Origin: a virus
Direction: 5' to 3' (one strand)
Virus record (IMG/VR): IMGVR_UViG_3300033146_004399
Coordinates: 32,001-96,000 of that record
Length of the DNA: 64,000 nt
The notes under the pieces: model-generated
Told to the model about the DNA's origin: nothing
What the model saw: the letters and a program-made list of their open reading frames with translations, nothing else
Databases searched by the model: none
Translations under genes and position numbers: made by a program
Shown: positions 10,499-20,235 of the stretch, piece by piece
Layout of the letters: each line of letters begins with the position of its first letter
Position numbering within the stretch: the first letter of the stretch is position 1

Positions 10499-13400
10499 TT
10501 ACCAATCTTCCATCCTTATACCTTCAATATAGTTTGTATCTGCGAAAAGGGTTATTTTTAATATAATTAAATAACTTGAATTAGCTGTGTTAAATATACC
10601 AGAAGTCCATTCATAACTCTCCCCTTTGTTATGTATTAGACAACCATCACCATTGGCACCTGTAAAATCTGCTTCGTTATATAAGGTGGCTAAATCCAAC
10701 CAACCAGTAAGACCCGGAAGTTTTATTTCAGCTTTTATATTTGAATCAGCATTGTAAAAATTCTGTATTATTAACTTTCCATTACTGTGTGGATTTGCAT
10801 GATGAAAAACACGATAATAATATTTAGGTCCTGAACAATTCTCATAATTAACAGTTTGTGAAGGGAAATAATTTGTGAAATTTTGGTTAGGATATATTAG
10901 TCTCCCTCCAAAAACTTGTAAATCATCTGGTGTTAATTGTTGTTCAGAATTCCATTGACCAGTATATGCAGTGATAGAATTATAATCTCCATGAAGAAGA
11001 CGATAATATTCATCTACAAATTGTTCTGTTAAAGGTGTTGATTTAACATCTACAGTATTGATTAAAATTTGAGTATTTGTTTTAGAATGTTGTTGAACAC
11101 CAAATGGGTTTTTTGCTTCCAATTTTAAATTAGGTTGAGAAGAATAAACACCGCTCAACTCTAGTTCAAGTGTATTCATATAATATATATCTTCTCCTAT
11201 TCTTGTAACTGGAACACCAAGAATATTAATATCTTCATAGTTTATATAGAAGGGAGTAATCCCAAATTCATCTAAATTGAGAAATATTTGTTCATCTTTT
11301 ACAAATGTATTATTGAATAAATTTTCAACTTTAAAACGGAAACGCAATTTATCACCCATAGAATAATATCTAACTCCAGATAAATATTTATTTGAATTCA
11401 ATTCCATCTCATCTATATATATTTCTTTGAAACCCATATATCCATCAAATTCGTCCCAAAAGACAGTGAAATCTTCTGTTGAATTTATATCACCTGCTGA
11501 ATTACCTATTTCATGTACCAATTTAATATTATTTTCCCCTTGCAGTAAAAGTCTTGATTTTATGTTAAGTTGAAAATCTGCTCTCTGATATATAGGATAT
11601 TGATTATAAGGACCAACCGAAAGAATTTCTATGATATTGTTTAAACCAAATTGTCTAGGATATGTTTGTCCATTTATTCTTTCATCTTCATTAAACCATT
11701 CAGCTAAATTGAATTCATCAACTTGCTCACCGTTTATGTAACAATATAAAATACCTTTGTCTGCGTCTTTAAATTGTGTAACATCATTGTTAGAGAGAAT
11801 AAAAGATGTATCTTTTATTATTTTATTAAAATAATCTCCTGCTGCTAAAGTATTATATCTTAATATAGACCTACCTTCTGAAAGATAACCAGAATATATT
11901 TTAGTACCAGTTATAGCAAAATTACCAGATAAAGGTTGAGCATCTTTAGGCTTTAAAGATTCTAATAAATTTAATCTTTCTTCCATAGTTCCATGATATT
12001 CATCAAGTTCTGATTTAGGATAATAACGTGCGTCGTGGTCATCAACTATTTCCCAATCTTCATCTCTTAATTCCTCATGAATAAGATCTACATCTGCAAT
12101 TATAGGTTTCCATTCCCTATCCCAAGCAAACCATCGATACAATTTATTTTCATTTAATACAAGACGTAAATCTCCTTCACCATTATTTGACATTGGAAGG
12201 TCTGTGACATTATTTACTAAATCTCTTAGATAAGATGAAGAAGATGCACTCGTTACACGAATCCATTCATTTTGTGTTGAACTCCATCTATAAAAACTTT
12301 CTTCAGAAATTATAAATACAACAGTACCATTAGATAACGTATTAGATTCTATTTCTAACAAATCATCAGAAGTATCTACGGGTGGTAACCAACTACCACC
12401 AGTTGACCCAGATATTTTAACCCATTCTTCTTGAGCTGAAACCCATCTATAAAGGGTTGATGAATCTAATACCATTCTAATATCACCATCAACATTTAAA
12501 GAAGTCGGTAATTGTGTAAATGAGTTTACAGGATCACGCCATATAGATGAACCATTTGGGTCTCCGACTAGACGCCATTCACCAGGAGGATCAACCCATT
12601 GATAATAAGCACCAGGGGACGGCTCTTCCACAAAATATATATCTCCGTTTTCTACATCAGGTGGAAATGGTAAATCACCATATACGGAGACAGTTCCATA
12701 ATCGCCGCTTTTAGCAAAACTTCTTAAGAAAACTACTAAGTTTACTTCAGAGTCTATTGCTATATTCAAGTTAAATCTTATTTTATATATATCAAGTAAT
12801 TCGTAATCACCTTCATCTTCTGTTAAACCTTGATTTTTAAACTCACCATCAACAAATACCATAAGGTTTGAGCCTGTAGAATCAAACGGAGCTTCAGATT
12901 CAAATAATCTTCTTTCAAAGTCTAAACTTTCTCCACCTTTGAAAGTAGTAACCCATGCAAGTGTGTTAGGCGGAATAGAAGGACCCGTTGGTGTTGTAGT
13001 TACAGCTTTTTGTGCTGTTCCTCTAGGCCCTGAATGCTGTGCAGTAGAATCTCCTCCAAAAGGGAAAGCAGCAGGATTTTGAGGTTCGCACTCCTCGGAC
13101 ATTGTATCACTTCTATCATAATCACCACTTCCAGCGTTCACATCATATGCTTTAACTTTATAATATGGATGTGTTATTGTAGCTGGATCTACATCGTTAG
13201 GTATTGGGTCCACATCACCATCTATAATATAAGTTAGGACCTTCCCGGTATTCGCGTCAATATCAGTCATTGTATAATTAGTATTACTAACTTCTAATTT
13301 ATTCCATGTACCTTGTTTTGTTTCAGGGTCGTAATCATCACTTTTCCAAACATCATAACCGTTGCAATGTGTTTGTCCACCCCACGCAACCAACCAACCA

Positions 13401-15157
13401 CCAATTTCCATTTCAAACGTTGTTTGGTTCATAACAGGGTAAGCTTCAATACCAACTATTATCGGAGTTGGTATAAATTTAGGTTCTGTTATACCAAACA
13501 TATATAACTCTTCTTCAGCTTTTTTCAACTTCTTTTCCATAATGTCAATAGCCATACCAGTAGCATTTACTGCTGTTTTAGAACCTTCATTGGGATCTAC
13601 AATAGATCTAATCCACATAAATCTATGACCATATAAAGTTAAAGGATTATCTATTGTACCAAATATAGAAGTACTATCTATTGCAGCTCCTAAAGCAGTT
13701 ACTGTCGTAAGAGCCCCTAAAAGGTAAGCTTTTATACTAATTAATTCTTGATCCACAATATTACGCGCTGAAGCATTGGTAAGAGAAGAACCATTTTTAT
13801 GCACATCAATAAAATCAAGTGATTGTTGTATTCTATCTTTTATCGTTGTTAATGTATTTATCCATCCATTTTGTAAATTCCATGAAAAACCTATATTACT
13901 ATTTACATCATCTGGATCATAATTTGGGTCTATGCCTGGTATAATCATATAATTAACAAAATATGTAAAATTAGTTATTTTAGTATAATCAATATAAGTT
14001 ATTATATCATTTATTTTAGAAATAATAGCTAACGCAGCTGAATCATATGATGAAGTCCAATAATCTTGAGATGGAGTATAACCTGGTGGATATGAGTATT
14101 GTGTCCCATTAACATCCCAAGTTCCATTACCAAACACCGTTTCTCCATCAACGTCATGAGTTAAAAACCCTTCAGTGCGGGGGGTATTAATAGCATTTGG
14201 AAGATTAATAATTCCAGGAGAATCATTAATCTCTAACAAACTAGTAGCATCAGTACTAACAATATTATTAATAAGAATATTATTTGTTTTATCGGTACCA
14301 CTACCAAAAAAAGAAAATGTTCTTGTTGGCTCAGTATAAGTATAAGGCGCGACGTCTCTATGCCTTATACCTAAAAGAGTATTATTAGTATAATAAGTAT
14401 ATGGAACTGGAGAAGAACCATAAGATACCGATTTTATATGAGGGCCAACAGGACTCTCTGTACCTATAACTGCAAGAAGATCATCAATTTTACCAAGAAG
14501 AGACTGTGACCTTTCATCTGGAGGATATATCCAAATTAAACTTCCAGGCGTAGGGCCTGGAGGATCATACCAAATTTGATATTTATCTCTGTTAATAGTA
14601 AATGAAGTACTATAATTTGGTTTGCCTAATTGTGAAGCTAATGTTGTCCACCCTTTAGTCATAGGTACATCAAATTCACCTTTTCTTCCTCGGCTTAATA
14701 CGTTATTTAATTTTATTTTCGTAGTTGTGTTACTGGTATTTGCAATTTCTGATTCTAATGTCTTCCAGCCGATATAAAAACCTGATTTATATCCTTGACC
14801 ATCTGTAAGATTATTAGCAGCTGCCCGTAAACCAGATCTTTCTGTCGAATTATGAGAAGTAAACGAAGTATTATTACCACCTTCTTTAATTATATTATTT
14901 CTTACTGTACCCCGAAGTTTATATATTATTTCGTAATAACATCGTATTAAGCCTTCAACGCCCATACTTGTCCATGTAATATTTTCATTTCTTGAATAAC
15001 CAAATAAAAGACCTAAATTAAATAAATCTTCATCAGCCATAGAATCAATTGGGGGAGCAACAGAACCATCTCTTGCCATCAATACATTTAATTTAGCCAT
15101 AAGAGCATCAGAACGTTTTTGTTTCAGTTCAAATTTTCTTTCATTTATTGTTGGCAT
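10499..15157 (-). CDS. Large virion structural protein (1552 aa); FN3-like segment, four Trp-rich repeats, C-terminal region paralogous to 41743 ORF
   Basis: Long ORF with SD GAGGTG; W-x-x-PV..DLP..GD.R.V...YRW repeats; GSNLMVFVDG module. Confidence 0.75.
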   Translation of the reverse strand: MPTINERKFELKQKRSDALMAKLNVLMARDGSVAPPIDSMADEDLFNLGLLFGYSRNENITWTSMGVEGLIRCYYEIIYKLRGTVRNNIIKEGGNNTSFTSHNSTERSGLRAAANNLTDGQGYKSGFYIGWKTLESEIANTSNTTTKIKLNNVLSRGRKGEFDVPMTKGWTTLASQLGKPNYSTSFTINRDKYQIWYDPPGPTPGSLIWIYPPDERSQSLLGKIDDLLAVIGTESPVGPHIKSVSYGSSPVPYTYYTNNTLLGIRHRDVAPYTYTEPTRTFSFFGSGTDKTNNILINNIVSTDATSLLEINDSPGIINLPNAINTPRTEGFLTHDVDGETVFGNGTWDVNGTQYSYPPGYTPSQDYWTSSYDSAALAIISKINDIITYIDYTKITNFTYFVNYMIIPGIDPNYDPDDVNSNIGFSWNLQNGWINTLTTIKDRIQQSLDFIDVHKNGSSLTNASARNIVDQELISIKAYLLGALTTVTALGAAIDSTSIFGTIDNPLTLYGHRFMWIRSIVDPNEGSKTAVNATGMAIDIMEKKLKKAEEELYMFGITEPKFIPTPIIVGIEAYPVMNQTTFEMEIGGWLVAWGGQTHCNGYDVWKSDDYDPETKQGTWNKLEVSNTNYTMTDIDANTGKVLTYIIDGDVDPIPNDVDPATITHPYYKVKAYDVNAGSGDYDRSDTMSEECEPQNPAAFPFGGDSTAQHSGPRGTAQKAVTTTPTGPSIPPNTLAWVTTFKGGESLDFERRLFESEAPFDSTGSNLMVFVDGEFKNQGLTEDEGDYELLDIYKIRFNLNIAIDSEVNLVVFLRSFAKSGDYGTVSVYGDLPFPPDVENGDIYFVEEPSPGAYYQWVDPPGEWRLVGDPNGSSIWRDPVNSFTQLPTSLNVDGDIRMVLDSSTLYRWVSAQEEWVKISGSTGGSWLPPVDTSDDLLEIESNTLSNGTVVFIISEESFYRWSSTQNEWIRVTSASSSSYLRDLVNNVTDLPMSNNGEGDLRLVLNENKLYRWFAWDREWKPIIADVDLIHEELRDEDWEIVDDHDARYYPKSELDEYHGTMEERLNLLESLKPKDAQPLSGNFAITGTKIYSGYLSEGRSILRYNTLAAGDYFNKIIKDTSFILSNNDVTQFKDADKGILYCYINGEQVDEFNLAEWFNEDERINGQTYPRQFGLNNIIEILSVGPYNQYPIYQRADFQLNIKSRLLLQGENNIKLVHEIGNSAGDINSTEDFTVFWDEFDGYMGFKEIYIDEMELNSNKYLSGVRYYSMGDKLRFRFKVENLFNNTFVKDEQIFLNLDEFGITPFYINYEDINILGVPVTRIGEDIYYMNTLELELSGVYSSQPNLKLEAKNPFGVQQHSKTNTQILINTVDVKSTPLTEQFVDEYYRLLHGDYNSITAYTGQWNSEQQLTPDDLQVFGGRLIYPNQNFTNYFPSQTVNYENCSGPKYYYRVFHHANPHSNGKLIIQNFYNADSNIKAEIKLPGLTGWLDLATLYNEADFTGANGDGCLIHNKGESYEWTSGIFNTANSSYLIILKITLFADTNYIEGIRMEDW

Positions 15158-16229
15158 TTAACACCTCTAATATATTTTCTATATTATATTTTTCATTAAA
15201 GTATAATATATTCACTTGTTTTTTTATTTCTTTCATTTTCCACTTAAACTTATCATCCCAATAATAATTTGAATGAGGCTCTAAATACAAATCATAATCA
15301 AGCAAATAAAAGTCTGGGGCATAAAGTCCATCTAATTTATTTTCTTTTTTATATTTTATAAATTTTAAACCATTATGAGCAATAAAATTTATATTATTAT
15401 TTACAAGAAATTTTGCAACTTTTAGTTCGAACTTACCTTGTACTTTTTGACCATTTATATTAAACCATGCACATTTATTGTTTGAATTATTCTCTCTTGC
15501 AGTTTTCATCATTTTTATCTTAAATTCATATAACTGAGCCGGTCTCTTAACACCATATTTATTCATAAAATAAGATGTCATCCTGTCTTGCATGCCTTCA
15601 ATCTTTGAAGGGTGAGTAACACCATAATTATTATATAATGTTTGTTTACATTTCTCTTTTACGTCTTTATTCTGTAATGAACATTTAGTACCATACTTGT
15701 CTAAATTGGTATTTTGTGCTTTTAATATATTATTATATTTTTTATTTCCGTATTTTTTTAATTTAGTTTCTTCAGATTTATTTATTATAATTTTATTACC
15801 TAAACTACAAATATTACCGTATCTTTTTAAATTAGTTTTTTGTGCTTTTTTGAGTAATTTATTCGATTGTCCACTATATTCAACACCATATCGTTTTAAC
15901 ATTGTTTTAGTACGTTTCTCTGTATTAAAAGCTAATTTACCGTTATTATTTAATCTTTGAGTATTTTGAGCTTTTCTAGATATATCTTTATTCATCATAC
16001 AATTTTTAACTCCATAATTTAACATGTGCACATATTCAGTTTGATGTTTTTGACATAAACATTTCTCATGTTCTTTATAAAATTTTTTAAAACGCTTGAT
16101 GGCTTTAGATACTTTTATCCCGCATTCTTCACATATAATATCTAAACGGTCATAATTATTAAGTTTTTTACCATTTACATATATACAATTCTGCTTCAGT
16201 TCAAATTTTCTTTTATCTATTGTAGGCAT
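15141..16229 (-). mobile_element. Homing-endonuclease-like gene (KYG repeats + PD-(D/E)XK domain) fused to a copy of the downstream gene's first 13 codons
   Basis: QGKFELKVA...YAPDFYLLDYDLYLEPH nuclease motif; starts MPTIDKRKFELKQ versus MPTINERKFELKQ of 15157 gene. Confidence 0.8.
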
Positions 16230-16283
16230 TTATATTTTCCTAAATATTTTATATGATTTTATCTTTACCAAACAAGATAAATT

Positions 16284-16367
16284 TATAGTGAATTGTAAAA
16301 GATTAAATATATAGTGAATTGTAAAAGATTAAATATATAGTGAATTGTAAAAGATTAAATATATAGT
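16284..16367 (+). repeat. Three perfect 26-bp tandem repeats plus a partial copy in a divergent intergenic region
   Basis: TATAGTGAATTGTAAAAGATTAAATA at 16284, 16310, 16336, then TATAGT. Confidence 0.95.
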
Positions 16368-16385
16368 AAATGATTAGGAGTTAAA

Positions 16386-17924
16386 ATGTCAATAATAGTA
16401 AATAGAATGATGGCCTTAGAATTAGAATTTGTTAATTCAGAAGCGTTTGGATATATCGCTTGGTTCGATGTACCACCAGAACCGGAAAACGAAAACGACC
16501 CAATAATACCTCAAACGCAAGTCGCAACACTTGGCTTGGGGTCTACTACAGATAAATTTATAACATGGTCTTTAGCTGAATTAGATTATATTAAAATAAC
16601 AGGTGGAGGCTTACAATTTGATTCTACAGCTTGGTTTAAAACAAAAAATTCAAAACCTCAGTTTAATGAATATGGTGATCCAATAGAAGATAAAATATTT
16701 ACAAATTGTAAAGTTAGTTTTAATCAAGATCTTACAGGTATGGAATATGCATCATATTTACCGATTGGTCCTGATTTAACTATAGACCCAGAGAATTATA
16801 CAGATGAAGAAAAAAGATATGAAGAATTAAAAGCTATAAAAGAAGAATATGCTAATAATAATACAGCTCTCCTTATTGAACATGAAAATGCTATAGCTTT
16901 TTCTAATCCTGTAACTGGCAGACTTATAGGTTCTATAGATACTGTAGGCGAAGCATTTAATTGGTATGGTGCTTTCTCCTTGGGTTCTGAAACAGAAGAT
17001 TCAACATTTGAAGTTAAAAGAGTTGACGTAAATAAATTTAATATAACTCTTAATGCTGATACTAATTTAATGCCAGAATTAGCTTTTAAATATGAAAATA
17101 TTAAGTCATGGAGTATTTATATGGATACAGACCTTCATATAAAAAATAATAATGATAATGGAATAATAATAAAAAACACTGAAATAGAATTTACTGGCGA
17201 GATAATTTATCAAGATGTATTTTTATCAGATTATTTTTACGCACAAACTGAATTAAATGACGGAATACTAGATGAAAGATATTATACTGAAACTGAATTA
17301 AATGACGGAATACTAGATGAAAGATATTATACTGAAACCGAATTAAATGACGGAATACTAGATGAAAGATATTATACTAAAACTGAAGTTGATGATATAA
17401 TTTCCGCATTAGATTTAAATTCTTTAAAACCAATATATTATGAATTTATAAATGATGAATGGGTTGAGATTACTCTTAATATTACTGATGAATATTATGA
17501 TCTTCAAAATGAAACTGTAGAAGATGACGAATATTGGCTGGCAGAGTTAGAAGACGATATTTATAAACGTGTATCTGATTCTTGGGTCTCAATTATTCAA
17601 GTCGAAATAACATATCCAGAACTTTTACCTCACGTTTTAGTAATAGGAGAAACTGGAATTACTAATGATAAATTATATGAATGGAATGGGAACAATTGGC
17701 AATTTATTAAAAATGAAAATGAATTAACATATACTATAGTATTACACAAATCAGATATTATTGATCCTATGGAAGGCGACGAATTTAAAATCAATGCAAC
17801 AAATAAATTTTATAGATACGAAAATGGTGAACTTGTAATTATGGATACACCACATCCTCTATATGATAGTCTTCCGTCACAATATGACATTATTAATAAA
17901 GTAGTAAAATACTCATTCACATAA
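16386..17924 (+). CDS. Acidic probable virion protein (512 aa) with 3x 15-aa repeat
   Basis: SD AGGAG; TELNDGILDERYYTE repeats resemble fibre D-x-RYY motif; C-terminal Trp/Tyr repeats. Confidence 0.7.
   Translation: MSIIVNRMMALELEFVNSEAFGYIAWFDVPPEPENENDPIIPQTQVATLGLGSTTDKFITWSLAELDYIKITGGGLQFDSTAWFKTKNSKPQFNEYGDPIEDKIFTNCKVSFNQDLTGMEYASYLPIGPDLTIDPENYTDEEKRYEELKAIKEEYANNNTALLIEHENAIAFSNPVTGRLIGSIDTVGEAFNWYGAFSLGSETEDSTFEVKRVDVNKFNITLNADTNLMPELAFKYENIKSWSIYMDTDLHIKNNNDNGIIIKNTEIEFTGEIIYQDVFLSDYFYAQTELNDGILDERYYTETELNDGILDERYYTETELNDGILDERYYTKTEVDDIISALDLNSLKPIYYEFINDEWVEITLNITDEYYDLQNETVEDDEYWLAELEDDIYKRVSDSWVSIIQVEITYPELLPHVLVIGETGITNDKLYEWNGNNWQFIKNENELTYTIVLHKSDIIDPMEGDEFKINATNKFYRYENGELVIMDTPHPLYDSLPSQYDIINKVVKYSFT
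17245..17379 (+). repeat. Three near-perfect 45-bp in-frame tandem repeats
   Basis: AAACTGAATTAAATGACGGAATACTAGATGAAAGATATTATACTG x3, only single substitutions in copy 3. Confidence 0.95.
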
Positions 17925-17990
17925 TGAACATGTATATTCATATAGTGAAGAGTGTCTTCATACTATGAACACTAGTGTTCATAGGATGAA
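17925..17990. other. Array of TGAA-N7/8-TTCA inverted repeats including a perfect 22-bp palindrome
   Basis: TGAA at 17925, 17946, 17966, 17987; CTATGAACACTAGTGTTCATAG at 17963-17984. Confidence 0.7.
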
Positions 17991-18127
17991 CCGATAAATA
18001 TATAATAAATAGATCTTATATAAACATAATACTACTATAGAATTTTACCTTTATACTAAATATATTATATTATTAAATTCAATACTAGTGAATTAATCAC
18101 TGCTTAAAATTTGTATAATATTGTATT

Positions 18128-19231
18128 TTATCCATTTAATAGTTCCTTAATTTTTTCTATATTATATTCTTCATCAAAGTAAAATATCTTTACTTGTTTC
18201 TCTATTTCCTGCATCTTCCACTCAAATTTATCATCCCACCAATATTTAGCATGTGGTTCTAAATATAAATCGTATTCTGGTAAATAAAAATCTGGGTGAT
18301 AATAATGTTTATTACCATCTTCTGCATAATATTTTATACTTTTTAATCCTTTATGCGCTATAAATTTAATTCCATTTTTTAATAAATAATTTGCCACTTT
18401 TAATTCAAACATACCTTGGAGCTTATGGTCTTCAATTAAATACCACTTGCATCTACCACCTTTCCCCCACGAATTATTTTTGTTTTTAGTTTTGCGGATT
18501 TTTTGTTTTATTTCTTCAATTTGTGTACAACTTTTTGCACCATATTTTTTTAACATTGTTGCCTGCGATTTCAACATCATATCAGCTACAACTTTTGGGT
18601 CTTTCATTCTATGTTCATAGCCATATTTCTCAAGATTAGTTTTCTTTATTCTCTCTTTTATTTCTTCAGATTGAAAACCATTTTTAACACCATATTTTTT
18701 AATCATACCTTCTTCTAATAAATCTCTTCTCTTTAATATTTCATTTACACCGTATTTCTTTAATACGGTAGCTGTTTGCTTTTCTTTTAATTCTTTATTT
18801 TGTGTCGCGTACTTTACACCATATCGTTTTATCATAGTATTTTCTTGTTTCATTTTAACATCTTTAATTTGTAAAGCATGTTCAACACCATATCGTTTTA
18901 ACATGGTATTTTTGCCCTTATTTTTTACATCTTCAATTTGCATAGGATTAGAGACACCATACTTTTCCATATTGGTATGTTTCTGCTGACAAGCTTTACA
19001 ATATTGTTTCACATTAAGGAAATTTTTATTATAATCAAAATAAGACTTAAATTTTTTTTTACATTCATCACAAATGTATATTACTTTATCTCTTTGAGTA
19101 AGATTAATTTTATTATTTATAAGGAGTGTTTTTACTTTCTCTTTTCGATGGTAAGGTAAAAAATCTACAATATTTATAGATTTAATATCTACTATTTCTT
19201 TAGTTTTATACAATTTAATTTGTTTTATCAT
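18128..19231 (-). mobile_element. Homing-endonuclease-like gene (KYG repeats + PD-(D/E)XK), leaderless start
   Basis: QGMFELKVA...YHPDFYLPEYDLYLEPH; paralog of 15141 and 20214; AAGATAA-N4-ATG with no SD. Confidence 0.8.
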
Positions 19232-19260
19232 ATAGTTATCTTATAAAATAGTGTCAAGCT

Positions 19261-20235
19261 TTAGATCACAATTCCTAAACTTTTAACAATTCCATCCGTT
19301 ATAGATTCCATTTTAGCTGCAGCAGGAGGTGGCAATGTAGGCATTTGTGCTCTAACACATTCTAACATTCCACCTATAGCTAGACCTATAGGGAGGATCA
19401 TTGGACATGTAATCCATTTCCCTAACATTTGTCTTACTTTATCTGTTATACAATTACCTTTAGGGAGTACAGGGAGAGTTGGTAAAGATGGAGGATCTGG
19501 AAGATCAGGATAGTATGGTACAGGAACTTCAAAATCATCTGCATAATCTTCCAAGAATTCCCAATCTTTTTTTAATTGAATAAGAGTTAAAGGGGTTATT
19601 CTTTTGACAGCTCGTTCCATTTCCCACACTTCCAACTTTTTATTCATAATTTCTATAGTTATAAGGAGAATGGCAACAAGCCATTCATCAAGAGAAGTTA
19701 TCATATCTTGCCATGTTTGTGACATCTCTTCGTTACCTTCCTCTTCTGCAGCTTTAGCTTTTTCTGAGTATTTAAATACTGTATCTTTATATTTAGCTAA
19801 TTCTGCAGCTTGATAAACCTTTAATTCATCCATCTCAATATATATTTCTGGTATTCTTTCTTCATATTCTTTGAGTTGAATTTTCATTTTATCTTGAGCT
19901 TCTTTTTCGTCTATGTAGAGTTTTTTTAATGCAGCAGCCCTTTGCGTTTTTGCTTTTCTCAATTGTTTAGCATACATTTCAACCATTTTCTGAATAATTT
20001 TAGCAATTAATTCAAAAAAGAAATTTATTAAATACTCTAACAATTGTAAGATAAAAGATATTGCAGCACCGAAAGGGATTGCTGGTATTGCTATAATACC
20101 CATAGGTATAAGCCCCATAGAATCCATTATAACTTCAGATATAGTTTTAATACCTGCAACAAGGATTGGAGGAGCTGCTGCTGTAAAATCTAAGCCTAAT
20201 TTAATCGCTTCGCCTATGCTGGGTAGAACCGGGAT
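19261..20235 (-). CDS. Coiled-coil, Pro-rich probable structural protein; start proposed at ATC 20235 rather than ATG 20127
   Basis: Frame open 36 codons upstream of 20127; SD GGAGGT 6 nt before ATC CCG GTT; ATG 20127 lacks an SD. Confidence 0.65.
   Translation of the reverse strand: MPVLPSIGEAIKLGLDFTAAAPPILVAGIKTISEVIMDSMGLIPMGIIAIPAIPFGAAISFILQLLEYLINFFFELIAKIIQKMVEMYAKQLRKAKTQRAAALKKLYIDEKEAQDKMKIQLKEYEERIPEIYIEMDELKVYQAAELAKYKDTVFKYSEKAKAAEEEGNEEMSQTWQDMITSLDEWLVAILLITIEIMNKKLEVWEMERAVKRITPLTLIQLKKDWEFLEDYADDFEVPVPYYPDLPDPPSLPTLPVLPKGNCITDKVRQMLGKWITCPMILPIGLAIGGMLECVRAQMPTLPPPAAAKMESITDGIVKSLGIVI

Noticed and set aside
16284-16367. CRISPR mini-array
   Set aside because: The 26-bp units are directly adjacent with no spacers, and no cas genes are present.
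17925-18127. tRNA or other known ncRNA in larger intergenic gaps (also 10334-10498, 29652-30025)
   Set aside because: No cloverleaf, T-loop GTTC context or CCA end could be built; 29652-30025 is explained by a pseudogene.
18097-18135. 12-codon ORF (MDKIQYYTNFKQ) with SD inside the 3' end of the 18128 endonuclease, as a third captured N-terminus
   Set aside because: It fits the embedded-SD pattern, but there is no matching upstream copy and no gene downstream; chance cannot be excluded.
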